From Dicyema japonicum (taxonomy: Eukaryota > Animalia > Dicyemida): a stretch of DNA of 64,000 nucleotides. This document shows positions 1-12,599 of this stretch, piece by piece; the stretch's first letter is position 1, and each line of letters opens with the position of its first letter. The stretch covers positions 892,030 to 956,029 of the forward strand of contig RDEW01000004.1 in assembly GCA_011109175.1 (NCBI GenBank), given 5' to 3'. The notes under the pieces are model-generated. The model made no database searches and was not told the DNA's origin. It worked only from the letters and a program-made list of their open reading frames with translations. The translations under genes and the position numbers were made by a program.

Positions 1-1290
1 TGTCGAGGTGGTTAACTAGATGCTGCCATCTCTTGTCCTTGTGTTCTTTTATGCTCTGACAGATCCTTTTATTCAGTTGTCTGAGGGCTGTCAAAGACTT
101 CATGTCCAACAGATGGCATCTCTTCAGCCGGTCTCTTTGTTTTATAAGACTTATTGTATAAGAGCTGAGGGTAGGAATAAACTTCTTGTATGACGATATA
201 GGAATAAAAATATGGTCAGCTTTCTGAATGGCAGCGCTGATAATTTCTGCGGCCTCGTCAATAGAGCGTATTGGGAGGATAATCTCCTGGCCAAGAATTT
301 ATCCACAAGGTTACTGAAACCAGACCAGTCAACCTTCGTATAATCCTTGAATCTTTTTGATTCCGCCGGCCGTCTCCTGTATCGTCGAAGACCTCTCAAT
401 TTTAGAAGGATTGGATTGTGGTCACTGGAGAAGCCGTAAAAGACGTTCCAGGAAATGAGTCCAGCCAGAGAAGGTGAGCATAGTGTTAAGTCGGGGATGT
501 GCAGCTGTCAGTCATCCTTAATGGGGTCCTCGTATGTGAGTTAGGGTTGTTCAGTATAATCAGGTCAGGAAGATAATTTGCAATGAGTTCTCCTCGGTTA
601 TCAGAGGATTGGGAAGTGAGCCAAACTGGATGTCGTGCATTAAGATCCCCACATAACAGTAGATTTTTCAATGTTGAAATGCGTGATAAATCAGGGGTGT
701 AAGATGACGGACACGATCCTTGTGGAGGAATATATAATTAGCCAAATGGATCCAAAAGGACGGGAATAACTCCATTTTGACAGTAATCTGCTCCAAAGTC
801 TTGTCGGAGCCAAGAAGCTCTGAGGTTCGTTGAGTTGTATCCATAAAAGAATATCGTTCTTTATAATAGTAAGTAGTCCTCCTCCGCGTCCTCCCTGACG
901 ATCTTTACGGATCACTGTGTATCCGGGAAAAGAGGGTGTTGGTATGGAGGGAGATAGCTTGGACTCCTGTATTAAAGCGAGGTCAGCCTCATTTTCGCGG
1001 AGGAGTGCCCGGAGTTCAAAGATTTTCTTCCTGATCCCATTCGTATTCAGTTGTATAATTGTAAAACCTCTCCATGGACCAGGATTGGTTTCGACGTCCC
1101 CACATAGAAGAATCAAAAGTCTGGATAAATGGGGACCCAGACAGGGTCGAAGACACAGGAGATGAGAGGACCACCGGACGGTGGGGAGAAGCTGTTGGCT
1201 CTTTTCGTTCCATTTTGGAATGGGTGACACCGTTTCTGGTGAGCCACATGACACGACGCTAACATGAATTAAATCCACAATACATCATGT
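1..1290 (-). mobile_element. Degenerate APE-endonuclease non-LTR retrotransposon, N-terminal part of ORF, with 2A-like peptide; continues off the window
   Basis: APE motifs IIQLNTNG, LIQESKL, RKDRQGGRGGGLL, GDLNARH..W and SSDHNPI in frameshifted ORFs 691-1278 and 486-671; DVETNPGP immediately upstream. Confidence 0.85.
1075..1125 (-). other. 2A-like (StopGo) ribosome-skipping peptide SRLLILLCGDVETNPG|P
   Basis: Exact match to D(V/I)ExNPGP with the typical hydrophobic LLxLxGD lead-in, in frame with the APE domain. Confidence 0.85.
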
Positions 1291-1604
1291 TCCGGAAGTC
1301 AGCAGTCACTATTTACTAAGAATAGAAAGATGGGAACGCAAACAATTGATGTCATGTTAAAATGGAGTACCTATACTACAAAAGAAATCTCAGAAGATAC
1401 TGGGAGTAACTTTTGATACTTTTTTGCCTCTCAGCCCATATCAACCTGTGCAAAGAAGATCAATTTTGTAAAAGCCTTCCTTTAGAACTGTGGAGGAATT
1501 TATCCGCCAGGTGTCTGGACTCTCTACAAGCAGTATATCTAGACAACAATAGGATATGCATGTGCTCCGTTGGGATCCTACCTAGCGGCAACTAATAATT
1601 AAAG

Positions 1605-2700
1605 AGTGTATACATGTGCTTCATTGACTATCGAAAGCTTTTGATTCCGTTATACATGACAAGCTGTGGTCCGCTTAAAAGAATTTGGATTCGATGCCAT
1701 CTGATATGCTTATCAAATCTCTTTATAAAGATCAAGAAGCTATTGTTAGAACAGTGTATGGAGATACCGAATAGTTCAAAATTGGTAAAGGAGTAAGACA
1801 AGGATGCTTATTATCTCCTATCCTATTCAATATTTATGCCGAAATGATCATGACTAAATTGGAAACTGTAACAAATAACGGGATTAAAATTGGAGGCAGG
1901 AAACATCAATAATTTGCGCTATGCTGACGATACAACCTTACTGGCTGAAACAGAGGATGGCCTCAGGGAGTTGATTCTAAGATTCAGAGAAGAGAGCGCC
2001 GTCTTTGGTTTATTGCTAAATATCAAGACCAAAATTAGGACTACTGCTAATAATGGAATAATGGAACTAAAAATTGGGAATGAGAAAATAGAGAGTTGCA
2101 ATAATGTGTCTTTCTGGAATGTCTAGTTAATCGGAATGATGACGGAGGTGGGAAATCAAGAGGCGAATTGCCATGGGACGAGAAAACCTTCCAGAGAATG
2201 AATAGAAATTGGAAGAGCAAGATATTTGCTTAAGGACCAAATGCAGACTGGTTAATGCAATTGTGTTCCCGGTTTTTTCTATACGGTGCAGAATCATGGA
2301 TACTGAAAAAAAACGGATTGACGAAAAATTGAAGCTTTTGAGCTGTGGTGCTGGAGGAGGTTACTTAGAATCCCTTGGACTTCCAAAATAACAAACATCG
2401 ATGTACTCAAAGGGTAGAGACGGATATTTCGCTAAGGGAAAATCGTAAAACACAGATTGGCGTTCTTTGGGCATGTTGTCGCTCTGATTCACTGGAACGA
2501 CCATTATGCTGAGAAATATTACTGGGAAGAGAAGACCTGGCCGACCAAGGACTCGATGGCTATCCACGGTGGAAGACGTCACGAGAATGCCTATATCAAG
2601 GCTACTCCAAATTGCAACGGATCGGGAGAGTGGAAAAAACTCGTTCATGAGATCTCCAAGGGTCGGACACGACTAAATTAGACAAACATAACATAACTGA
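1605..2700 (+). mobile_element. RTE-clade LINE, 5'-truncated degenerate RT and 3' end
   Basis: FIDYRK, GVRQGCLLSPILFNIY, INNLRYADDTTLLAE, FELWCWRRLLRIPW and FFGHV spread over broken frames. Confidence 0.85.
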
Positions 2701-4126
2701 AATTAATGTGAGAATTGAATCTCTTTCCTTCTACTATTCTTTCAAATCATAAACTCAGTTTTGATGACGACGTAAGAATTGCGTAAGATTTATCAGTTAA
2801 TTGGTTTCGAAATTTGGTTTTGATCTATGTGAGTCTGCTGAAAAGAGCTTCACAAATATACGTTGATTAAAATATACAGACGCATTGTAACCAAATTTGG
2901 GTATTTTAAAATTGAAATTCAACTCCAAAATTCTAATAGTTGATTTTTAAATATTGTGGTGAGCTCTATATCCGACTGCATTTCATGAACTTATTTTAAA
3001 TTCGTCTGGAGCGGTTGCAGGATCTATTCGACATTATATGACTTAAGACACAATATAATAAATTGACAAATCAGGCAATGTGCGTTGCCATCGTCTTCGA
3101 AACGAGAAATTTTTGCTCCCATTCGTGGTTAAATGCACGATTTTTCTGAATAAAAATTAAATTTTTATGTGGAATAAACTCAAACACATAGTAGAAGTTA
3201 GATCATAGCAAATGCAAAAAATACAAATATTGATACAATTCTTAAGAGGAAATGGGTTTTCAATCATGAAAGCTACTACCGGAAAATAATAGTTTTTGTT
3301 CATTATTATTTATTTAACACCCCAAAACCACGGTAAACCAAACTAATTATCACGTGACCCAGATGCATTTAAATAATGACTTCATCTCTGCCCAGTGTTC
3401 CCCCCGCGTGCCCGCGCATGATCGTACGACTAACTTAATTTACTGGGCTGCATTTCCGCATTCTGGAATCTAGTCTCATAAAGACCTCCAGAGGAGTCGT
3501 TCCGGTTCAGTGTTACATAAATATGTTTGTGCATCTTAATAAGTGTTTACAGAAATATGTTTTGCGTTTAATTTAGATTTATATTAAAAAAATTGTGATT
3601 TCTTTAATGGGTTAATTTAGAACCCCAGAGGTTTCGGCTGTGACAGAATTGAAGACAAACCGTCATTCTAAGGTCATGTAGTGTTTCTTTCATGGTTTCA
3701 GCTTTTTGCCTTGTTCAAAAGTGGCGAAATGGGACCCACCTGACTTGGGAAACGCCCAGATCCTGGAAGGAATCAAAAAATTTTTTTCTTCCCTACCCCA
3801 GTGAGGGGTTTCCCATAATGGCCGATACATGGAAAGGATGAATCCCACTCCGACCACGCAAACAGGACATTCCATATTAGACGTTAATTAACTCAACTCT
3901 TCCGGTATAACTGGGCTGCCTTAAATAGACTCTAGAGTCCCTAATTTATTTATTTAGAACCTGGGATCACCGAGTAATAAAAAACGTAAAAGTTAGGTAA
4001 TCCCAGTACCCGTAAGAGCCCTCTCTGACCCCTGCAGAAGAATCCGCTGGAAAAGACTCCCTGATAACTCATTAAAAACATGTTTGGCTAGTTAACAAAA
4101 ACTTGTATTAATTAACATATATAAAA

Positions 4127-5322
4127 TCAAATATTATCAGAAATATATTTATGTATTCTAATAGTACGAAAATGATCATTAAGCAGATCAGACAACTGCA
4201 TAAACTTTGATGAACGAGTAAAGTAATCATGATATCCAAAAATAGTGTGCCCTATTCTGTGATCGGTTATTCTGTCCTGAGGTTGATTGTATGTTCGGAT
4301 TTTGAATGAACGTTCCTTGAGGACAAATAGGGATCTCTTTGTTCCTTAATTGTTGCACTCAGCTTTCCACGCTCCATATTTTCTAGCCTTGCTTTATCGT
4401 GAGAATAAACCTGTTTTTAAGAGCCACGAGGGCCTTTTTAATATTCGCGCCAAGGACTCTCTCCTCCTGGTTACTAATGGCAATGCCAGTCGGAGTGTGT
4501 ATAATTCTCACAGCAGTCCTTGACTTATTGACATGCTGTCCCCGTGTCCAGAAGCTCTGAAAGTCTGGATTTCTAAATCACGGTCGTCCAAATTAATGTC
4601 CACCGTTGTGGAATCAGGCCTCACTCCAATAGCAACAGTGCTAGTGTGAACTCTCCCACTTTTCTCAGTTAATGGCACTCTTTGAACTCGATGAACTCCT
4701 CCCTCGTGCTCGAATATTGAGAAAGCCCTATCCCCAACCACTTTAGCGGATAACCACATACTATTTTCTGTTTCCAGTTGTTTGAAGGCCAAATTGTTGT
4801 CAACTGCTAATAATTGATACAAGGAAAAGAGTTCTTTAGCAAAAATATTCGACTCAGTTCCCCCAACCCCCGGGACTATTTCGAGGATCACAGAATCTTG
4901 GTTTGGAGCTATTCTTTCATAAATGAGCTGAAGTATCTAAATTATAACAAAAACTAACTGAATTTCTTAATTCTTCTATATTTCGGTTATTCAACTCAAG
5001 TTCACTTTGGGCAGCATCATGCATTTCATTTTCCTCCCCAGAAACTGAAATAATCCTAGAAGTAACCAATCAGACCATCCAGATCGCTTTTGTACTGAAT
5101 CAGATCTCTGAGGGAACAGATTGAATGGAATAATCCTTGAAGATCCTGAATTTCATTTTCTTCCTTTGTGGTAACTTTCTCCATAACTTCCAACGATTTA
5201 TAGCGATTGTACGAGTCTACGAGGTATTGGTTTATTAGAGAATCCTTTGGGAAAAGAATTGGTAGTAAGGATTGACAGAACAAACGAGTGGGTTGTAATT
5301 TTCTTATTATATAGAGATTCAT
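4127..5322 (-). CDS. MTRF1L: Mitochondrial class-1 peptide chain release factor (RF1/MTRF1L-like); 3 mini-introns; two apparent 1-nt deletions (4540-4543 in the GGQ codons, ~4317)
   Basis: EGGVHRVQRVPLTEKSGRVHTST (PxT motif), FRASGHG[G]QHVNK, KIRTYNQPQDRITDHR; 22-23 nt GT-AG introns restore the frame. Confidence 0.8.
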
Positions 5323-5974
5323 TTCACACTTAAACAAAACATTATACAAAATTTAAATTCAAGTATTTTAATTTTAATTATATTTTCAGTTTATTAAAAA
5401 TTAACAATTTTGGTCATTCGGTTTTAGAAAAACTCAACTAAACTAAGGCCAGTAGTGGTTAGGATGTCACGGCATTAATTCTCCGTTGTATGATTCCCCA
5501 CTGGTTACTTGGCTATTTTTCTACCTTCCCACATTCCTTCTCTTCCTTAGTTTACTAGATTATCCGGAGTTAATTTATTTACCCCCGGTCCCTTCGAGTG
5601 AAAGAAACCGTCTGCTAACAAAACGCAAAGAGTGGAAACTCTCAGAGATCCTACAGGTATATTTGTTTCTGTGAGGAATTCGGTGGTGGACCCGGACAAG
5701 AGTTAATAGAATAAATAATTAGACTAAAACGATTCAATAATTCCCTTACTATTAACTTCTATTTATTAGCTAAGCAATCATTGACTCATTTAATTATCCC
5801 ATACATGCAACTTCTGACAGATGGCCCTCCATGTTTTTTTATTTCCTGGGCAGGTGGGATTTGAGCCAGGATTTCCTAGTTCAAAACTTCAAGGTCAGTC
5901 ACTCTGTCCATACTCACGAAAGAAGGAAGACAAGTGATTTCATCCATCATAAAGCGACTCATTCAACCCTGATT

Positions 5975-6290
5975 GTTAACTTGGAAACATAATGATAATA
6001 CGAAGAGCCATATTAGCTATAGCTCCCCCAGACAGGACACAAACTTCATTTAAATAAAGAACAGTTATCATAACTAATCGACAAAGGAGAATCAAGGAAT
6101 GCTCTTCATTTCTTTTTTTTGTTGGATGAGTCTTTTTATAGACGATCCGGTTCCGTAGTGAGATGTTCACTAATGACAGCGTCACTCGTCAAGCCGAAGT
6201 ATCGTAGATGCTTGGAACCTTTAGCCGGAATGTACAGCAGCGAGATTCGACCTAGGGGCCATCAGATCTTATTGCCAGGTACACTGCGTC
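5975..6290 (-). mobile_element. Diverged copy related to the tRNA-derived SINE family
   Basis: Shares the body and tail (attccttg-ttctcc..gattagttatgataactgttct..tgtcctg..gagctata..tatggctct) with copies at 37641 and 61746; close relative at 23690-23960. Confidence 0.6.
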
Positions 6291-6420
6291 ATATATTTCT
6301 ATAGGAAATATTAGTTTATCTAAAAATACACGACAGCTTTGAAGTTGTTACTAGATAATCTGCAAAAATGCATCATTGGTTCTTTGATTTTCTGAATTTT
6401 ATTTAGAAATTTTTTAAAAT

Positions 6421-6640
6421 ATAATTTGTAGTCGCTGTTGAGACGTTTAGTTCTTGGGCTTCGACGCTGGAATTTTTGAGTCGTCTAGGGAATCGGATTT
6501 CTGCATGTACAGGAGATCCTCGTAAGCGCTGCTGGTTACTCTGGCAAATCTCGCTCGCCATCCTGAGAGGGAATAGTTACGCAGTCAGGGGTGTTGTTTG
6601 ACCATTTGTTCATTTTATTGTGTCATTAATAAACTATTTG
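6421..6640 (+). mobile_element. 3' end fragment of a CRE-like REL-type non-LTR element
   Basis: FVVAVETF..W..TGDPR..ISLAILRGNS C-terminal motif followed by AATAAA. Confidence 0.65.
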
Positions 6641-7052
6641 CATTAAATTGTGCATATTCAAAAAGTTTCGAGTTTATTACAAGTGGCCTTAACTTTGAAA
6701 AGTATTATTCCCTAAATTTCACACTGATCGTCATTCACTAATTTCTAAGGAAATTATGTAAAGCAAATTATTAACATTTTTAATAGGAAATTATTAATGC
6801 AAATTATTAACACTCTTATGATAAGATGAACATGAAAATTCCAAAGATCGAGATAACTCCGACCTAACCCATCTTGGCCCAATGGTCCTACCTTGAGATA
6901 CCCTAATTTCAGACGACACCAACAGAAAACACGTTTTTTCGAGAAGTGTTAAAATATATCAACGACATAATAATTCAATAAATTGCGTTGTTTATCATTG
7001 AAGCAGTTCAACGGGAAATTTCGTTTAAAGTTCAAGAAATGCGCTATCTACA

Positions 7053-8007
7053 ATGACAGAAAGGGATTCACCTTATGATAACGTCAAGGTTTTTCAAGAC
7101 GAAGGGGACGGGGGAGAAATGTCTTCTGAATTCACTATGGAAGGGATCGGACTCATAAAGGAGATTTTCATGGGAAATTCAATTTATGTATATTAATAAA
7201 TATATTTCAAGACTCCACCGTCGATGATGTACTACGAAGGTACTGTTTATATGCAAAATAGGACTCCAACCGCAAAATATCTACAACCCAGTCTTCTTTA
7301 GTCCCTTTTTCCTCGAAAATTACCACGTACTTGTAAATTATTCATTAAGATGCACTCCCATCAGTATTATTCAGATAACTGCGTATTTCCTTACGAAGTG
7401 AACTATCCGTTTTTTTCCAATCAATTACTTGTGGGCAATCCGAATATAGGAAATTTCAAAGAAGACGGAAATATGTCTCCAAATAGATCTCACGAGTTGG
7501 ATCTTTCGACTAATTACAGCAAACCCGAGAAACGGTACATAAAAAAGCCACTCAATGCCTTTATGATTTTTATAAGGGAAAATAGAACCGAGATCATGTC
7601 GAATTGTGACATCAAAGAGTCAACCTACATCAATCAGATTCTCGGCAGGAAGGTATTATTAATGATTACTTCAGTGGCGGTCGCTTGATCCTGAACAAAA
7701 AAAGAAATACTACGAGGTCTCACGCAAGGAAAAGGAGCTTCACTCACGAATGTACCCAAATTGGAGTGCACGTGAAAACTATGCACTTCACAGTAAGAAA
7801 AATCGACAGAAAAAGTCCTCCCAACCTTCAACCGAATGCCCAGCGGCCAAAAAGTGTAGAGCAAAGTACGGACTCAAAGAAATCCAAAAATGGTGCGACC
7901 AATGCCGGTGATAACATCCTTTCTATTTTAGAGCAAAAAGGAAATGTACCAGGGCAACCAGAGAGGAGGTTAAAAAAAGAGAAGCACAAAATGATTTTTT
8001 TCCATGA
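7053..8007 (+). CDS. TCF: TCF/LEF (pangolin-like) Wnt transcription factor, 279 aa, 6 exons (introns 7188-7211, 7240-7261, 7327-7349, 7653-7674, 7908-7931)
   Basis: N-terminal beta-catenin-binding-like DNVKVFQDEG; HMG box YIKKPLNAFMIF..KESTYINQILGRKW..YPNWSARENY; C-clamp KKCRAKYGL..WCDQCRAKRKC; open frame after removing five 22-24 nt introns. Confidence 0.93.
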
Positions 8008-8082
8008 TAATTCTCATGCTACGCTTAATTTGTCATGGCTTTGATGTTGCCTTTAATTTCAAGATATATAAAGAAAAATTTA

Positions 8083-8451
8083 TTAGTAAGTGAAATATCC
8101 CCTTGGTTTTTTTATATTGCTAATCTCCTCCTGTCTTTTTTTCTCATCATCAATGACTCTTCTCCAGTATTCCCACTCATTTTTATCAATCGAGTCCAGT
8201 GGAGGGTCTTCTTCTGTATTTATGGTCCACAACCAGGATGGATACTCGTTGTCATCCTTAATATCAGGATCTGATCCTTCACTAAGTATGTTCACCCCAC
8301 AGCAACGAGTTGACAATACTTGTGTGTTCTTTTCTACATATACTTTGACTTTCTTGGTCCCTGGACGGTTTTTTGAAGTTACTACAAACTAATGACTACA
8401 ATTAGATTTACCACTGTAAAATACACGAAATAATCTAAGCCCACTAGACAT
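8083..8451 (-). CDS. MRPL54: Mitochondrial ribosomal protein mL54-like; one small intron near the 5' end (acceptor uncertain)
   Basis: CCGVNILSEGSDPDIKDDNEYPSWLW...YWRR resembles the mL54 family motif; N-terminal targeting-like MSSGLRLFRVF. Confidence 0.75.
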
Positions 8452-8936
8452 AAAATAAATTTAAATTGTAAATTATATTAATTAACATTTAAATCATAAA
8501 TATATTCATGACCATGCACTCCGGAGAAAGATCACGAATGAGCATTAATTGCTACCGTCCTTCCACTGTTTCTTTTTAATAGGTGCTGGTCTCCTATAAG
8601 TTAGTGAGGCCGGGGATACTTAATTAACTAACTAACTTACTCCCTTTTTAGAGGAGTTGACCAGAACTAATGGCAGTAGTTTTCTGCGTTACTAGAAAAA
8701 ATAGGGAATCAATTTGGAGGAAAGTTATCCATGCAAAGGAATCACGATCAGCTTAAAGAAGGACACTGATTTCCTATGAAGAAATTTGAGAAAACACTTC
8801 CGAAAGACGGTGGGATTGCTAGGGATCTACTCGATGAGAGTCTGAAATTATTAAAAGTTAGGATTATTTAATTAGTTTTGTTTGACTTTTTCTTTCTCGG
8901 TATTTTTGTGGTTTCTTATTATAAGTATCAAAATAA

Positions 8937-9042
8937 CCGGGTGGCTAGGTGTTGGGCAAAGTGGCTTAGGTTACGGGTTCGATTCTCGCTGCTGTTCACC
9001 TGGTGGAAGGTTCCACGCATCTACGATGCTAAAAGAGCTTGA
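8937..9042 (+). mobile_element. tRNA-like 5' head of the SINE family (partial copy)
   Basis: ccggggtggctaggtgttggg..gggttcgattctcgctgctgttcacctggtggaaggttccacgcatctacgatgct is near-identical to the 37641 copy; B-box GGTTCGA. Confidence 0.75.
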
Positions 9043-10363
9043 CTTTCGATGGTTGCTTCTCACAATTTTGGGCTTATATGGAATCAACCATTAAGACCCC
9101 AGAGGAAAATATGTGGATATATTCTTTCACGATAGATGTGAGTAATTTCTTTTTTTCCATTTCCCGTGATATATAGTATGTGAACCAAAATAATCTAATC
9201 CATCCTCGGAGTTGCCAGAGAGACTGCCTTCTCAGTGCAATCGTATATGCAGTCTGACTTCAATATACGTCCCCCTTGAGGAATACTAATAGCCTCTATT
9301 AAACTCCTTAACTCTTTTGTTAATACATTGTTATTGATTTTGTATTACTGATAACCCAAGATCACTTGTTCAGAGGGCATGTATGAAGCTGGGGGAGTCG
9401 TATTTCGTGGTGGGAAGCATGATTGGTAATCAATGATGACAGCGAGGGTTCTTTTTTTTATAAAATCATAGCGAACAAGTTGGTTAGTAAGTAACAATTT
9501 TTTAGATTTTGTTGCATTTCTTGCAGGTCTCTTCTCTTCCAATAAGTTTTGACATCTTTCTTGCAGTTTTTCCAAAAAACATGACCACAAACCAAAAAGA
9601 CAATAACTCACATGGTTTTTGGAAATAAGGTTATAATATTAGGATACGTAAGGTCATATCAAGAGTTCATCTATGAACCTAAAAACACACTCTTTTGTAG
9701 ATTGTAGTTTTTTATCCAGTCTCATAGAAAAAAAGCATTTACCTTTGACCTGAATAACCTCTTATAAAGTTTATAATAATTTGCAACAAAAAATGAAAAT
9801 AATCCAGCTGAGATAATTGAGTGGTTGAAAGTTCGAGCAGGCTCCCCAGCTTTCAACGCTGAGCTTGAAAGTCTGGACTGTTAAGTAAAGCATTTCCATC
9901 GAGAGAAAGAGAAGACAGTTACCCCGTCCGGTCGCTTTCCATCTCCACGATCCATTCCTACCGGTTCCAGAGATTACGGGAATCCAGTCGCGGGGGCATT
10001 CCTTTGGAACCGGCCAACTTTTAAAATATTTTTTAAGTTCCTTCCCAAAAATTGTTGATTCTTTCAAATTAAAGAAAATATATGGACTGCATCATTTGAA
10101 AGACATATCTTGGAGATTCCCCTTTACAAATTGAATCTTTCTTGTGTTAAGGCGATGTTGAATTTAAAAAAGATTCTTTTACATTCAAACTCAAAATTCA
10201 GTATCAAAACTAGACATTTAGTATCAAAAATATTAAGAATTGCTAAGGTTTTTATCTCTAATCCCACACAGCTACCTACCAGGTCAAAGGTTTCAGTTTT
10301 GGTCTATGGGTTTTTCTGTTCCATAAAGGCGTCATTGGATTTACCTAACTCAGGAGACGCCTA

Positions 10364-10880
10364 ATGTCAGGCCGGGATCAAAGAAAGATCCCTCTCTCTA
10401 CACCGATGCAAAAATCTGATGGATACTTGGAAATAATGTGATGGTTGAAAAGATTCGTCTCAGAAGCCGGAAATCGTGTAAAGTGGCAATCAAAAATATG
10501 CAAAGGAAGAAGCGTTTTGATTCCATAGTAAACCGCCTCTGTAATCGTTACAAATTTGAGGAACTGGCTCGTAGTTGCACAATATTGTTCAGTCTAATTA
10601 ATTGGACCAGATCACAACATCCAACCTATTGAAAATTTTTTAATTGAAATACAACGAAAACTATTAAAGGAGGCTGTTCTACCGAGCTGCCCTCTATTCA
10701 AATACTATCGAAATATCTACAATCATACAGAAATTGTGAGCCGATGAGAAGAGCTGTTCAGAATTTTTGACCCCGCCGGACTCGTCCTCACCTTTGTCGG
10801 TCTGGAGTCACTTAGTTAGATGAGAACTTTTATTTCTATCTCTTCGACCCAGTGATCCTGGGGGTAATAATAATAATAAT
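10364..10880 (+). mobile_element. 3' portion of a LINE ending ...gacccagtgatcctggggg(TAA)n; longest copy of the short tails at 42198 and 51218/54088
   Basis: Terminal ~140 bp near-identical to the two other copies; (TAA)n tail. Confidence 0.7.
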
Positions 10881-11355
10881 ATTAATTTGAAGTGAAAATG
10901 ATAATAAATGGATTTGAGGAAAGTAGAATTCTAAATAGTAAACGCAGAGAACCGACAAAGTTGAAGAAAATTTTAAAATTACTAATTTCTCGGAAAATCT
11001 TCCACAGGACGAGTTATTCCACAAATTTGATAAACAGCATGCCACGATTATCAGTAGAAATGGAAAAAAGTAGTTAGTCTCAATAGATGAGAGAGAGCAA
11101 ATGATCCTTTAGTATGGTGTCCTGGCGCTGAGGATCAGGTAGCTCAGATGAGGTCACTCTACTAGAATAAGGAAATGAAGGCACAGAAGAAACAGAGAAA
11201 CCTTTTGCCAATTAGTCAGTTGAGGGAATCGAATCAAAGATAACTGTAATAAATACAACTACTTGGGTGAAACAGATTTAAAAAAAAACAATAAGAAATT
11301 CTAGAAAGTATTTTTAATAAAAAAATTTAAAATGAAATAAAATTCGTGCTTTGTG

Positions 11356-12083
11356 ATGTCTGAATTTTCTAAGGGATGCTTTCATTGCTGTTATCTACTT
11401 TACTGCCAAAATCCATCACACAAAGGAAAGATTTATATTGGATACACAGTCGATCCTATTCGCAGACTCAAACAGCACAATAAAGGAGAGAATTTTGGTG
11501 GCGCCCACAAAACATCAGGTAAAGGGCCGTGGTAAATTTCATAATTATTTTAGGGACATGGTTTTGACTATTCATGGATTCCCCAACGAGATCGCCGGTC
11601 TCCGAGTGATAAAATTTGATTTTATTTCAGTTCGAGTGGGCTTGGCAAAATCCCAAACAATCTCGGACTTTAAAAAAACTTCCAGTCAAATCGAAACGGG
11701 AACCGGTTTTCAATTACCGGGTTAGAGTCGCCTCCTTTCTTCTTAACGAGTTTCCGTGGTGTCTTATGCCCTTGACTGTCCAGTGGCTTAATCACGACAT
11801 GGCTCTCCTTGTGAATCCTCCACTTCACGTGCCCATTCTGTATGGACCTATTTGCTTGGAATCCACTCCCTTTGTCCAAAAGTGGAAGAATTGTTGTATT
11901 TGTGAGGGGGTAATTAATCATCACCGTGGATTGGTCTGTCCTCACTGTTCGGTTCAGTTTCACGTGCTGTGTCTTGCAAAAAAACTAGTAACTACGTCTC
12001 AGCTTATTCCGTTTGAAGGGAACTGTCCCACTTGTGCAAACACTATCTGCTGGCCTCTCCTTGTTAGAGAGTCTCGTGGGTGA
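11356..12083 (+). CDS. SLX1: Structure-specific endonuclease SLX1 (GIY-YIG plus C-terminal zinc finger); introns 11532-11553 (22 nt) and 11606-11630 (25 nt)
   Basis: [49 protein letters not shown]; C-terminal CCIC..CPHC..FHVLCLA..LIP.EGNCPTC..WP.LV. Confidence 0.95.
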
Positions 12084-12256
12084 CCTTGCTTGTATTCTGT
12101 TTTATTAATTTATTTTATGATAATAAAAATGTTAATTTGCCAATATTTTTTGATTTACAAATTTTTTGAGGCAATGAACAAAAACTATGACTTGCTTTTC
12201 TCGACTCTCTTCTCATTTTTGCTATCAACGATCCGATGGCGCGTAAGAAGGTTAGA

Positions 12257-12519
12257 GAGATGTATCAAAACCCCTCGTTCTGATAGAACGGGGTCATGTG
12301 ACCCACCTGACTCAGGTAAAGGATATTGAGATGTATCAAGAACCCCTCATACTAATAGAATTAGGTAAAGGATATTGAGATGTATCAAGAACCCCTCATT
12401 CTAATAGAATTGGGTACTGTATCCACCTGACACAAGTAAAGGATAGAGTAGATGTATCGAGAACCCCTCATTCTAATAGAATTGGGTCATGTATCCACCT
12501 GACTCAGGTAAAGGATAGC
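12257..12519. repeat. Tandem array of ~71-bp units (3 full plus 1 internally deleted) with two internal dyads
   Basis: Unit gagatgtatcaagaacccctcattctaatagaattgggtcatgtatccacctgactcaggtaaaggata starts at ~12257, 12328, 12377 and 12449. Confidence 0.9.
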
Positions 12520-12599
12520 GAGAAGTTTTTAAGGTTTTGACTGCGATGAGGTTGATAATGAACTACCTTCCAAGGGTAACAAGTTTTATTATTAAAATT

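Noticed and set aside
4127-5322. Bacterial prfA or contamination
   Set aside because: The gene has host-type mini-introns and an N-terminal extension, consistent with a nuclear-encoded mitochondrial factor.
5465-5698. TG...CA-bounded ~230-bp segment as a possible solo LTR
   Set aside because: No matching TSD and no second copy in the window.
9100-10100. Short ORFs that may be transposase or gag remnants (also 15860-16100, 36200-36640, 46623-46913, 63400-63830)
   Set aside because: No motif I could identify with confidence; they need a translated search against TE libraries.
12257-12519. Palindromic repeats superficially like a CRISPR array
   Set aside because: No unique spacers, eukaryotic context and no cas genes; it is a tandem repeat.
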